Shown: piece by piece, positions 26,284 through 39,028 of the stretch
Position numbering within the stretch: position 1 is the stretch's first letter
Layout of the letters: the number at the start of each line of letters is the position of its first letter
Source of the DNA: Octopus vulgaris
Lineage: Eukaryota
DNA length: 64,000 nucleotides
Assembly: GCA_951406725.2 (NCBI GenBank)
Contig: OX597823.1
Span: 94,860,001 to 94,924,000, forward strand
Direction of reading: 5' to 3'
Position numbers and translations under genes: made by a program
The notes under the pieces: generated by a model
What the model saw: the letters and a program-made list of their open reading frames with translations, nothing else
Told to the model about the DNA's origin: nothing
Databases searched by the model: none

Positions 26284-29200
26284 TCATCATTGTTTAACAT
26301 CCACCTTCCATGCTAGCATGAGTGGAATGATTTGACAAGAGCTTGCCAGGCAGAAGCCTGCACCAAACTTCTGTTATTGTTTTGGCAGATTTCTACAGCT
26401 GGATGCCCTTCCTAACACCAACCACTCAGAAGAGTGGACTGGGTGCTTTTAAGTGGCATCTACACTGATAGGGTCACCAAGTGCCTTGCAAGAAAAAAAA
26501 TACTTTCAAGAGTTTGGGGAGGGGGGCGGAATTGGAGGAGGTGATTTTGTGTCGGAGGTTATAGTGAGACAGAGACACAAACAGGTGTCTTGCTGTAGAG
26601 ATGGTACAAGGTTACCCAACCATGAGGTGGGGAGGAGAGATCAGGAATGAAGACAGAAATAGGTGCCTTATTGCTGCAAAGGAAATACATGGTTACCCAA
26701 CTTGAGGGAAGTTCAAGAGGAGAGAGAGAGAGTGGGAGACATCAGGATAGAGATGGTGGCAAAATGCTGGGTATACTCACAAGTGACGGGGGATCAGAAT
26801 ATAAATGAGATGGTTGAGTAAAAGAAGAGAAAGATATAGACGGTGGCAAGTGCCAAGGCATACCCTTGAGGTTTGAACGCCATAATATAAGTGGCAGGAT
26901 ATTGCGAAGGAAGTGTGATTAAAGAGTGCGAGGGGTGGGGGTGGAATGAAAGCCTGGGTATATATATAGTGTAGGGGGTGACCGGATAGCAATGATAAAG
27001 AGGAACAGGGCTGCGAGGACAGGATTGGGGAGTGAGAGCTAGGCATAGTGTATGAAGGAGGAAATTTGAGAACGAGAAGAGATGTAGATTGGTTTGTTGA
27101 GGTAAGGCGAGGGAAAAGTTTTCTTGTTGTGTGTGGGTGGAACACACAGGTCGGGGGCTAGCAGATAGCTATAATACAGTGAGACAGGGAAGTGGGTGGA
27201 ACAGACAGATCAGGGGCTAGTAGAGAACAATAATACAGTGGCACAGGGCCAAGAGGACAGAACTGGGGAGTTGGAGGTAAGCATAGTACATGAAGCAGAA
27301 ATGTGATGTAGAGATGTAGTTTGATTTATTGTATTAGAGTGTGTGAGTTTTCTTGTTAAGTGTGGGTGGGACACAGCACTTCTAGAACTCAGTTTCACTG
27401 ACATAGGCGGGTCTTCTCAAGAATTTCATATCACCAGATATCTCGGTCCATTATCCTTTCCTCTGTGAGGCCCAACATCCTGAGATCGGTCCTTACCACT
27501 TCATCCCACGTCTTCCTGGGTCTCCCTCTTCCGCAGATACCATCCACTTTCAGTTAACATATATCATCATCATCATCATGGGTTGGACGGTTCGACTGGG
27601 GTTTGGGAAGCCAGGAGGCTGCACCAGGCCCAGTCTGATCTGGCAGTGTTTCTACAGCTGGATGCCCTTCCAAACGCCAACCACTCTATGGATGTAGTGG
27701 GTGCTTTTTACGTGCCAGGCAAGACTGGCAATGACCACGATCAGTTGGTGCATTTTACGTGCCACCAGCATGAAGCAGTGCTGGCAACAGCCACGTTCAT
27801 ATATAATCATATATATATATGCCAAAACAGACACAATAGCCTAGGGTAGGTTTTCTACCTGACCAGCTCCTGTCATCCATCCTACCCATGCATGCATGGA
27901 AGATGGATGTTAAATGATGATGATGATGATACATGTAAGCATATATGTAAAGTGATTGGCTCAGTAAACAGAGAAGGTGTATGGGGATTATGAAATCTTT
28001 CTCACCAAGAACCATTTCACCTTTGTAGTGTTGGTGCCATGAGAAAATGAACCAAGTACATTCCGTAAAGTGGTCATCTTTAGGAAGGGTATCCTTCAAG
28101 GGAAACAATGTCAAAGGGCCCAACCAAGCCCCTAGCTCTTAGGAGCTGCCAATAACAAGTGACTCAAGTTGCAGCAGAGGACATTAACTGATGATGACGA
28201 CCCATACCATGTTACCACACACACATACACGTATATCACCATCATCATCATTTAATGTCCATGCTGGCATGGGTTGGACGGTTTGATCAGAGCTGGTAAG
28301 CTGAGGGGTTGCACCAGACTTGCACTCCATGCGAGAGGCCTTTGTCACCAATTGAGGTAGGAGCTCTCTGAATTTTGCTCAGCCTATTCTTATTCTTGCA
28401 GCTATGCTCTCAGAGCATCCACCCCAGCTACTGACTTGGTCACCTAAGTAATGGAAGCTATCAACTACTTCTAGTTTTCCCCACTGGCATTTGACAGAAT
28501 CTATTTTCTGTGCATTTTTGGTGTTTATTGTACCTGTGCACCTTCCACACACAAAAACTAGTTTCCCTGTTAACCTTCCTCTGATATGTGTCCATAGCTT
28601 ACATCAGGTACCTCTTATGCAGTTTCTACCTATGTCTTTCCTACAGACCAAGCATGGCCATCTACCGGAGGGGATTTGTGATTTGTCTGCTTTCCTAGTT
28701 ATTAAGACTTTTGCTAGGTAAACTCTAAGGATCTTCGATTCTAGACCATGCTTTCATACCTAAAACTTCTCTAATTCTGGTAGTGATTCGGCTATAAGAA
28801 CAAGGTCAGCATCATAGAGGAGCTCCTAGAGGTAGCCTGTCTTGAATTCCTTTGTTATTGCCTAGAGGACTCTGATGAACAAGAGGGGCCTTAAGACTGA
28901 TCCTTGGTGAAACTCTACTTGTACCCTGAATTCTTTGCTATACTTGTTGCCAACCCTCACCTTACTGACAGCATCCTTGTATATGGCTTGTACAGTTCTC
29001 ACTAACCATTTGTATATCCTTAGCTTCTGCATTGACCACCATATATATATATATATATATGGGACGTAGTCAGTCCACCTGTGCATACCTTCCTTCTTGT
29101 GACACTTGTGAAGACCTGTTGAGACAAGTGATCAAATCAAATCAAATCAAATCAAAATAGATGAACATCAATGGAATTTGTATCTTTGTGGTACCAGTGC

Positions 29201-32200
29201 CGGTGGCACACAAGAAAACCATCCGAACGTGGCCGTAGCCAGTACCGCATCGACTGGCCTCCGTGCTGTGGGCACGTAACAAACACCATCCATCTGGCAC
29301 CTGTGTCGGAGACACACAAAAACATCATCCGAAGACCCGGCAAGACTAGTCAGGCCATAACCTGTGGCCCCTACCTGGGACGTTGTCAGTTCACCTGTGC
29401 ATACCTTCCTTCCTTCTTGTGACACTTGTGAAGACCTGTTGAGGCAAGTGAAAATCAAATCAAATCAAATCAAAATAGATGAACATCAATGGAATTTGTA
29501 TCCTTGTGGTACCAGTGCCGGTGGCACACAAGAAAACCATCCGAACGTGGCCGTAGCCAGTACCGCATCGACTGGCCTCCGTGCTGTGGGCACGTAAGAA
29601 ACACCATCCGATCGTGGCCGTTCGTCAGCCTCGTCTGGCACCTGTGTCGGTGGCACATAAAAACACCATCCGAGCGTGGCCGTTCGCCAGCCTCGTCTGG
29701 CACCTGTGTCGGTGGCACATAAAATCACCCACTACACTCTCGGAGTGGTTGGCGTTAGGAAGGGCATCCAGCTGTAGAAACACTGCCAGATCTGACTGGC
29801 CTGGTGCAGCCTTCGGGCTCCCCAGATCCCAGTTGAACCGTCCAACCCATGCTAGCATGGAAAGCGGACGTTAAATGATGATGATGATGATGATGATGAT
29901 ATATATATATATATATATATATGCCTGTGTATATAAGATGTGCATGTGAAAGTACAGATGTATAAACATAAGCATATGCGTGTATGTGTATGCTTTAATA
30001 AAATGAGAAAGCTGGAGGTGAAATGTGCAAAAGAAAAGTTTGATAGACATACAGAATGAACTTGTTGGTGCAAAAAGCGTTGCCAATTCTGGATGAGGCG
30101 AGTGAAGTTTGCTTTGCCCTGCAGCTGGTCATGGTCACCAATGATAAGCTCAAGAGCTGAAGCTTCCGGAATTGTACGGAAAGCTCGGAGAAAATTGTTG
30201 GCCTGCAAATGAAATATGGAATAATGGTAAAGTGCTCATGAAACTTTATCAACCAGCCATTCCCAGCAGCAACACACACACAAACATACATTGCTCTCTT
30301 GACCCGACTCTCTCTTTCCCATCTGCTCTCTCCTTTCTCTTCCAATTGGGGTATTCATGTATCCACTCAACAGCAAGACACCTACCCATGTCCCTCTTTA
30401 CCTCTAATCTCTCAACTGGCACAAATCCACTCCATCCTTAATACTACTCTCCATCATCATCATCATCATCGTTTAACGTCCGTTTTCCGTGCTAGCATGG
30501 GTTGGATGGTTTGACCGGGGTCTGGGAAGCCAGGAAGCTGCACCAGGCTCCAGTCTGATCTGGCAGTGTTTCTACAGCTGGATGCCCTTCCTAATACCAA
30601 CCACTTTGTGAGTGTAGTGGGTACTTCTTACGTGCCAGGGGAGGCTGGCAGCGACCACGATCGGTTGGTGCTTTTCATGTCCCAGGATTTTGTCTTGCAA
30701 GATGTTTGGTGACCCTGTCAGTGCTGGTGCCATTTAAAAAGCACCCAGTACATTCTGTAAAGCGGTTGGTGTTAGGAAGGGCATCCAGCCGTTAGAAACC
30801 AAACCAAAACAGACTATGGAACCTGGCTGGTGTGGCTCCTGACTTTACTGGCTCTTGTCAAATGGTCCAACCCATGCCAGCATGGAAAACGGATGTTAAA
30901 TGATGATGATGATGATCCACAAAGATACACAAACACAAAAATACAAACACACACATGCACACACACACACACATTAATCACCTGCCCATGCTGGTGGCAT
31001 GTGAAAAACAACATTCGAGCATGGTCCTTGCCAGTGCTGCCTGACTGACTCCCGTGCAGGTAGCACATAAAAGCACCTTTTGAGCATGAGCATGGTCATT
31101 GCCAGAACCGCCTGACTGGCCCTTGTGCTGATGGCACGTTAAAAGCACCCACTACACTCTTGGAGTGGTTGGCGTTAGGAAGGGCATCCAAATTAGAAAC
31201 TTTGCCAGATTGGAATGGAGCCTGGTGCAGTCTCTGGCTCAGTCTTCAGTCAAACTGTCCAACCCATGCCAGAATGGAAAGCGGACGTTAAATAATGATG
31301 ATGATGATGATGATGTTCTCACCCATCTCAAAGGTATAGAAAACCTCATCAGACCCAGATCTACACCATCCCTCCTACCCATTCTCCACCCACCAACCAT
31401 TTCGTATCAACATCCAACATTCCCTCCCATCAGTTACTGAACTTCCGCTTACCACCACTACGTCATTCCGATCTTTTCTCATGTTGGTGCCATGACTAAA
31501 ATGTTCTCTATATGCTTTATGAAGTGGTTGGTGGTAGGGTTAGGGTATCCAACCATAGAAACCGGACAAAAATGAAGTTTAAGAATGAGACACGGTCCAC
31601 TGATTCATCAGGAAGAGCAACAACAACCCATTCCATCTACACCACAATGGGAAGGAGTTCTACAGATGCTTCTACACTCCTATTGTTTACCATTTCGTTC
31701 ACTTCCTTCAGTCATTAGACTGCAGCCATGCTGGAGCACTGCCTTGAAGAATTTTTAGTCAAATGAATCAACCCCTGTACTTATGTTTTCAAAATCTGGT
31801 ACTTATTCTATCAGTTTATTTTGCAAGTCGTTAAGTCATGGGAACATAAACACACCAACACCGGTTGTCAAGCATTGGTGGGGCATAAACACAGACACAA
31901 TAACATACACACACACATATATACATGACAGGCTTCTTTTAGTTTCCATCAACCAAATCCACTCACAAGGCTTTGGTCGGTCCGCGGCTATAGTAGAAAA
32001 TATTTGCCAAAGGTTCCACACGCCTGCACCTATAAAAAATAGGTAATGGGTGTATATGCACATTTCATGAGTAATTGCACTTTCATCAATACCACATCCA
32101 TATGAAAGGAATATTAAAACAATCTAACAAAAAAAGACCATAGCAGCTATCATTCTTGCTCTAAGAGGTAAAAAACTAAAATTCCTGAAATGAAGATGTG

Positions 32201-35200
32201 GAACACTTTGTCAGTAGAGCAGTTAAATGGGTTGCCATTTGGGTGGGGCGGTCACAAAACATTTTCTGTAGTAATGTTTGAATTAATGACCAGGTGTTCA
32301 GTAGTTCAATCCTCTCTCACTTCCCAGAAGTAGAAAAAAAAAATAGAATGCAAAGTGAATGATACCTGGCAGGTTTGTCCCTTTTGTTCATCTAACATAT
32401 GGAAAAGAAAGCCAAGCTCACATGCCAAACAAAACTCTCTTTCACAGAGATGCGACTTCATTGCACATCGCAGAGGCTCAATGAAATACAAAACCTGCAA
32501 TATCAAAATAATACACAGTTAAAAATATTACAACAACAACAATTGCTTCAAATTTTGGCACAAGGTCAGCAATTTTGAGGGGAGGGGGTGGTACATATCA
32601 ATTACACTGATCCAAGAGCTCAACCGGTTCTGATTTTATTGAACCCCCACACTTGAGAAGTAAGGTTGACTTCAGTGACATTGAAGAGGAAGATGTTATA
32701 GCTTTGTCCATGCCAGTGGCACATAAGAGGGCACTATTCGTGCGTGATCGTTACCAACTTCGCTTTACTGGCACTTGTGCCCGTGCTAGTAGGGTGCCAA
32801 GAGCACCATCCGAGCATGATCGTTGCCAGAACAGCCAACTAGCTTCTGTGCCGGTGGCATGTAAAAGGGCACAATTTGAGCGTGATCATTACCAACGTCA
32901 CCTTACTGGCACCTGTGCCGGTGGCATGTGTAAAAAGATTCGAGCGAGGTCATTGCCAGTACCGCCTGACTGGCCCCTGTGCTGTGGCACGTAAAAAGCA
33001 CCCACTACACTCTCAGAGTGGTTGGCATTAGGAAGGGCATCCAGCTGTAGAAACTCTGCCAGATCAGACTGGAGCCTGGTGCAGCCATCTGGTTCGCCAG
33101 CCCTCAGTCAAAATCGTCCATCCCATGCTAGCATGGAAAGCGGACGTTAAATGATGATGATGATGATGATAACTGATAATAAAAAAATAGTTATATATAT
33201 ATATATATTGTTAATCCAAACATGAATAAGCAAGAAAAAGCAACAACATGAGGACATGGACCATCATCAACATCATCATCGTTTAATGTCCGTTCTCCAT
33301 GCTAGCATGGGTTGAACAGTTCGACCGGAGATCTGGGAAGCCAGAAGGCTGCACCAGGCTCCAGTCTGATCTGGCAGTGTTTCTACAGCTGGATGCCCTT
33401 CCTAACGCCAACCACTCTGAGAGTATAGTGGGTGCTTTTTATGTACCACCAATATATATATATATGTATATATATATAATTCAACATGAATATGAAATGA
33501 CATTAAACATCATATAAGGTAAATGAAGGTTTCTGTAGGAGCGCTCAAGTCATATTCACTTAGTGAGCTTACACGCGCAAGGATGAATTATGATGGTGTC
33601 GTCAGCGAGGTTGGCAGTGATGAATTCTATTGTCCTCACACGGAGAAAGCGAGCAATAGCTTCCTGGTGGCAAACACGAGCTAGACTTCTTAAGTGGAGA
33701 AAAACTGATCTATTTAAGGAAATAGCTGGGCTCCATTGCGATAAAGGCAGAGAGGTTCCTGGTTCAATCCCACTGTGTGGAACTCCAAGCAATGTAAAAT
33801 ATGGCTTGGACCATGATTGCCAGCATGAATGTCAAACTTCAAAAAGTAGTTAACTATTTAATGGTTATAGTAAATTTATACAGAAAAAGTAAGCATTATA
33901 CTGTCCAGCAGAAATAAAACTCAACTTCATTATATTTTTTCTGTAAAGACCTATTCTGACATTAAATGAGTCAACTTCCCGCATTAATTTTTACATTTGT
34001 ATATCATTTCCAAACAAAAAAAATTACTAAATAAATTCTAGAAATGATCTACTCATGTAATTTACGCACTGACTAAGATTTATTTTTGTTTTTGCAAAAA
34101 AAAAGTGCTTAAATTACATGGGTTTTTACTGTATATTAAGTGATGATTTGGAGTGGTTGGACTGATTTAGTATCTATCTTCAGCAAATAGGCACAGAAGC
34201 CTCTCTGCCCTTAATTATAATTGCATTTTATACTATCATAAATTTGCCTAAACAGATCTATTTTATATGCTGGCCACTGATAAAACGTCCGTTTTCCATG
34301 CTAGCATGGGATGGACGGTTCGACCGGGGTCTGGGAAGCCAGAAGACTGCACATACATACATACGTATGTGTGTGTGTCTGTTTTTATGTAAATTTATTT
34401 AAAAAACTGTGATTACTCAATACATTTTAGTAAAACATGCATTCATTAACTTTTACAAGGAAAAGGTTGAGAGTGACTTCAAAGATCCAATTTGTTCTCT
34501 TCTGCAGCCCTTAAGTAGATTGCTTTCAAATTCTGGCAGAAGGCTATCAATTTCAGAGGAAGGGGGTCAAGTCAATCACAGCAACCCCCAGTAAGCAACC
34601 GGATGAAATCAAGGATGAAAGGTAAAGTTGACCTCGGCAGAATTTTAACTCAGAACATGAAGGTGGGCAAAATGCTGCCAAGCATTTTGCCTGGTTTGCT
34701 AACGATTCAGTCAGCTTGCCACCCTACAAGTGGGAGTGCACTGGGTGCTTTATATGTGACACTAACAGCAGCGGATTTTACATGGCACCAGCACCACTGG
34801 TTCTTATGTTACACCAGCACCAGTGGTTTTCATGTGGCACCAGCACCAGTGCTTTTCAAGTGGAACCAGCATCACTGGTTCTTATATGGCACCAGCACCA
34901 GTGGTTTTTACACGGCACTAGCACCAGTGTTTTTTACATGGCACCAGCACAAGTGATTTCCATGTAGCACCAACACCAGTGGTTTCTACGTGGCACCAGC
35001 ACCAGTGCTTTTCAAGTGGAACCAGCATCACTGGTTCTTATGTGGTACCAGCACCAGTGGTTTTTACACGGCACCAGCACTAGTGTTTTTTACATGGTAC
35101 CAGCAGAAGTGGTTTTCATGTGGCACCAGCACCAGTGCTTTTCAAGTGGAACCAGCGTCACTGGTTCTTATGTGGCACCAGCACCCGTGGTTCTTATGTG

Positions 35201-36424
35201 GCACCAGCACCCGTGGTTTTTACACGGCACCAGTACCAGTGTTTTTTACATGGCACCAGCACAAGTGGTTTTCATGTGGCACCAGCACCAGTGCTTTTCA
35301 AGTGGAACCAGCATCACTGGTTCTTATGTGGCACCAGCACCAGTGGTTTTTACACGGCACCAGCACCAGTATTTTTTTACATGGCACCAGCACAAGTAAT
35401 TTTCATGTGGCACCAGCACCAGTAGTTTCTACATGGCACCAGCACCAGTGCTTTTCAAGTGGAACCAGCATCACTGGTTCTTATGTGGTACCAGCACCCG
35501 TGGTTTTTACATGGCACCAGCACAAGTGGTTTTCATGTGGCACCAGCACCAGTGCTTTTCAAGTGGAACCAGCATCACTGGTTCTTATGTGGTACCAGCA
35601 CCAGTGTTTTTTACATGGCACCAGCACAAGTGGTTTTCATGTGGCACCAGCACCAGTGGTTTCTACGTGGCACCAGCACTTTTCACGTGGCACCAGCACC
35701 AGTGTTTTTCACCAGCTGTCATTAAGTAGATTACTGGACACTTCAGCTACCCTGACTAGACTTAAGATGAATACTGGAGTGGTTTCCCATTGCCATTTCC
35801 AGGTAGGTAGGATTTGAAGTCAGAATATAGAGAACCAGAAGATATATTGTAAAACACTTCTGCCGAAATATTAACAATTCTGCCACTCTCCCATCTGCAG
35901 AGCAACTTGGAATGAAGTGTTTTGCTCAAGAACACAATGCACCGCCCGATCCAGGAATTGAACACACAATAACTAGGCCATGAGCCTTCACTGTAACAAC
36001 AATTAAAAGAGTAATTTAATAAGGAACTTCATGACTGACCTGTAGCATTCCATTGCAATAAGCGTTAGGAATTTGGGTTTCTAAACCAGCAAAATTGGTT
36101 TTGTTATAATAGCGAAATTCAAAATCGTCAATGCCAAGCTTGGAGTATTTTATTTCAACTTTGCGATATCTTTTAGGTATATTGACCAAATTATCATCTG
36201 TAGAGAAAGGAGTGTGAAAATATACAATGCATGTGAGAGTATGTGCACACACACATATACACACAAAACCACATATACATACGTATGTCATTATCATTTA
36301 CTGTCTGTCTTTCATGCCTGATATGACATGGGTTTAGCAGATTGATAGGATCCCATAAGTAGGACTCCATTATGCTCCAATTCCTGCTTGGGCATGGTTT
36401 TTATGCCTGACACACACACACGTT

Positions 36425-36460
<36 letters not shown>

Positions 36461-38969
36461 TATATACATACATATATATATATATATACACATATACATA
36501 CATATATATACACACACACACACATATATATACACACACACACATATATATACACACACACACATATATATATACACACACATCTGTTATCTATTCTATA
36601 GAAATACATAAATGTACACATAATTATGTATAAATATACAAACACACACATACACATTCCTACATCTGCTCAAATACAAATAGTTATACCTCTGCCATTG
36701 GAAGATTCAGGGATAGACTTGTAGTTATTGCTCTCATTTTTCAGATCATAGGGTACCTGGTTTCTGTGGGTGGTGCCTGGATTGGGGGCGTACCCCACAT
36801 TGTGCCTCATCTTCATGGTACGCAGCAATTCTGGTTCCACTGGTTTGTGGGCCCTAAATTAAAAGAAGGCACAGTATATAGCTTGGTAGAAATAACCAAC
36901 TAAAACACCACACATATTCATATATGTAAACATAGCTCAAACATTAATACACACACCTAAAATGGTGGCTCTGAACAGCAGCTCCCAGGGTCATGTGTGG
37001 CCCTTAACTGTCTTCCCTCTATGTAATAAATTTTTCTTTAATTGACTTCTGTTTTCCTTTTTTTCAATACAGCCCCCTAAAAAATCCAGGCCCTTTATCT
37101 GGCCTGCATATTAAAAAGGTTGAGAACCAATGATGTAAAATGTATCAAGCTGTTTTGCCTCCTCCAATAATTTGCTGACCTAATCTTTCCTATATCAGCA
37201 TCCATTTGTCCCTCTTCTACTTTGATCTCAATTCCAATTTCTTCGTGTATTGCAATGTTAATTAGTCCTTATTAATTTCCATATTACAATCGCAAATCAT
37301 TTTTAGTGACACAGGATGGTAACATCTAAAGATTTTGACATCCTTAAACTGGGTCGTTGGCATTCATACCACATAACAAAGCCTCTGCTGCTTGATCTCT
37401 CTTATGCGAATTTATTGCACTTTCTTTGCAATTCTGCTGCACTTTAACCCTTTTGTTACCATATTTCTGTTGAGATGCTCTGTGTTTCTTTCAATTAATT
37501 TTAAATATTAGAAAAAATTTAGTAAAATAACTTTGTTATCATTAAGCTAGTGTTAGGAACATAAATTGTGACTAAGGTTTGGTGGAAGATTTTAATTCAA
37601 AACTTATGGAAACAAGACATTTGTACTACAGAGCCAGAGGTGGTTTCAGGTGGGTTGGTAATGAAAGGGTTAAAATAAAGTATTTTTAACTCACCAACTT
37701 AGCATCATTCAAACAGGATTGCAAAAAATACTTTCCACTAGAGAGGATTCATAGCTGATATGAGTAACAACACTGTATTACCATATCTATGAGTTACCTG
37801 ACCTGGAGTAAGTATTCTTTTTACTACAATCTTTCACTTTGAAGACATTAAGCTGACAGCAAAATAAAAGACAAGGTGGATTAGGCTCAATGTCTTTGAG
37901 AATATGTCTGCTTTATTCTGACTGACCTGGAGATTAAGAAATGATATCAGTTACAACACTTAGGCTTGAACCAATGAGAGTGCTGCAATGTGGTCACGTG
38001 ATCAGTACAATTCTACAGTTAACTCTCTCATTTCACATCCTACTGTTTTAAATAAATGAGAAGCTATATTGGATAATGTGGACCTAAATACACTGTGTCT
38101 GTTAAAAAGATGGTATGGGCCTGGTTGGAACACCTCTGACTATAAATCTGCTAGATGAAAGAAGAACCAAGAGAAAAAAACAAAACAAAAGAAAATGTAC
38201 AATATGAGGGAAATGACTGTACTGACCTGTAAACTTTTTGACAGAGTTGTGCCGGCCAATCAGAGAGCAGAGTCACTCCACTGGGGTATGTCATAGGGAT
38301 GATGGACAAGGGTGCCAGCTCATCATTGATGTGCATAGGGGTGACAGGTTCAACCTGAGTAAAAGTATTTTAAAAGAGTAAAACATCATTATTATATCAG
38401 CTGGCAGGAATTGTCAGCCCACCACACAAAATGCTTAGCAGCTCTTCCTGCAGCTGAATGTTCTGTGTTCAAATTTCACCAAAGTTAACCTTGCATTTCC
38501 TCCTTTAAGGGTCAATACTTCAACATGTGCAGATTACACTAAAGAAATGAATTACTGTACTTTATTAACCACATACCTTCTGACATTTATTTCTCCATTA
38601 CACTTTATTACGTGTTATAGTGCCACCCATTAAGTTGGTGACTACCAATCCACTAATTCGTCACCCCCACTGGTGACCTTTCTACATATTGTTTCATTAC
38701 TAAACCATAATAACAAGACTATCCAGCTCTGAATGAACAATTGTTAATTATATGAAAATGTACATAGGTGCAGGAGTGGCTGTGTGGTAAGTAGCTTGCT
38801 TACCAACCACATGGTTCTGGGTTCAGTCCCACTGTGTGGCACTATGGGCAAGAGTCTTATACTATAGCCTCAGGCTGACCAAAGCCTTGTGAGTAGATTT
38901 GGTAGACGAAAACTGAAAGAAGCCCGTCATATATATGTGTATATATATATGTGTGTGTGTGTGTATATG

Positions 38970-39028
<59 letters not shown>

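Noticed and set aside
33556-34135. 78-87 aa ORFs plus a TA-CAGT-type terminus near 34105-34133
   Set aside because: No recognisable protein motif and no phase gap in PAN2 between exons 11 and 12; probably an old DNA-transposon remnant whose other end I could not find
34603-35817. Long overlapping ORFs (up to 275 aa) and a CRISPR-like look
   Set aside because: Products of a stop-poor 26-bp tandem repeat; there are no unique spacers or cas genes, and the context is a eukaryotic intron
36040-36075. Cys in NAYCN suggesting an active deubiquitinase
   Set aside because: The same motif is present in catalytically inactive PAN2 orthologues, and no restored His box is seen in exon 20
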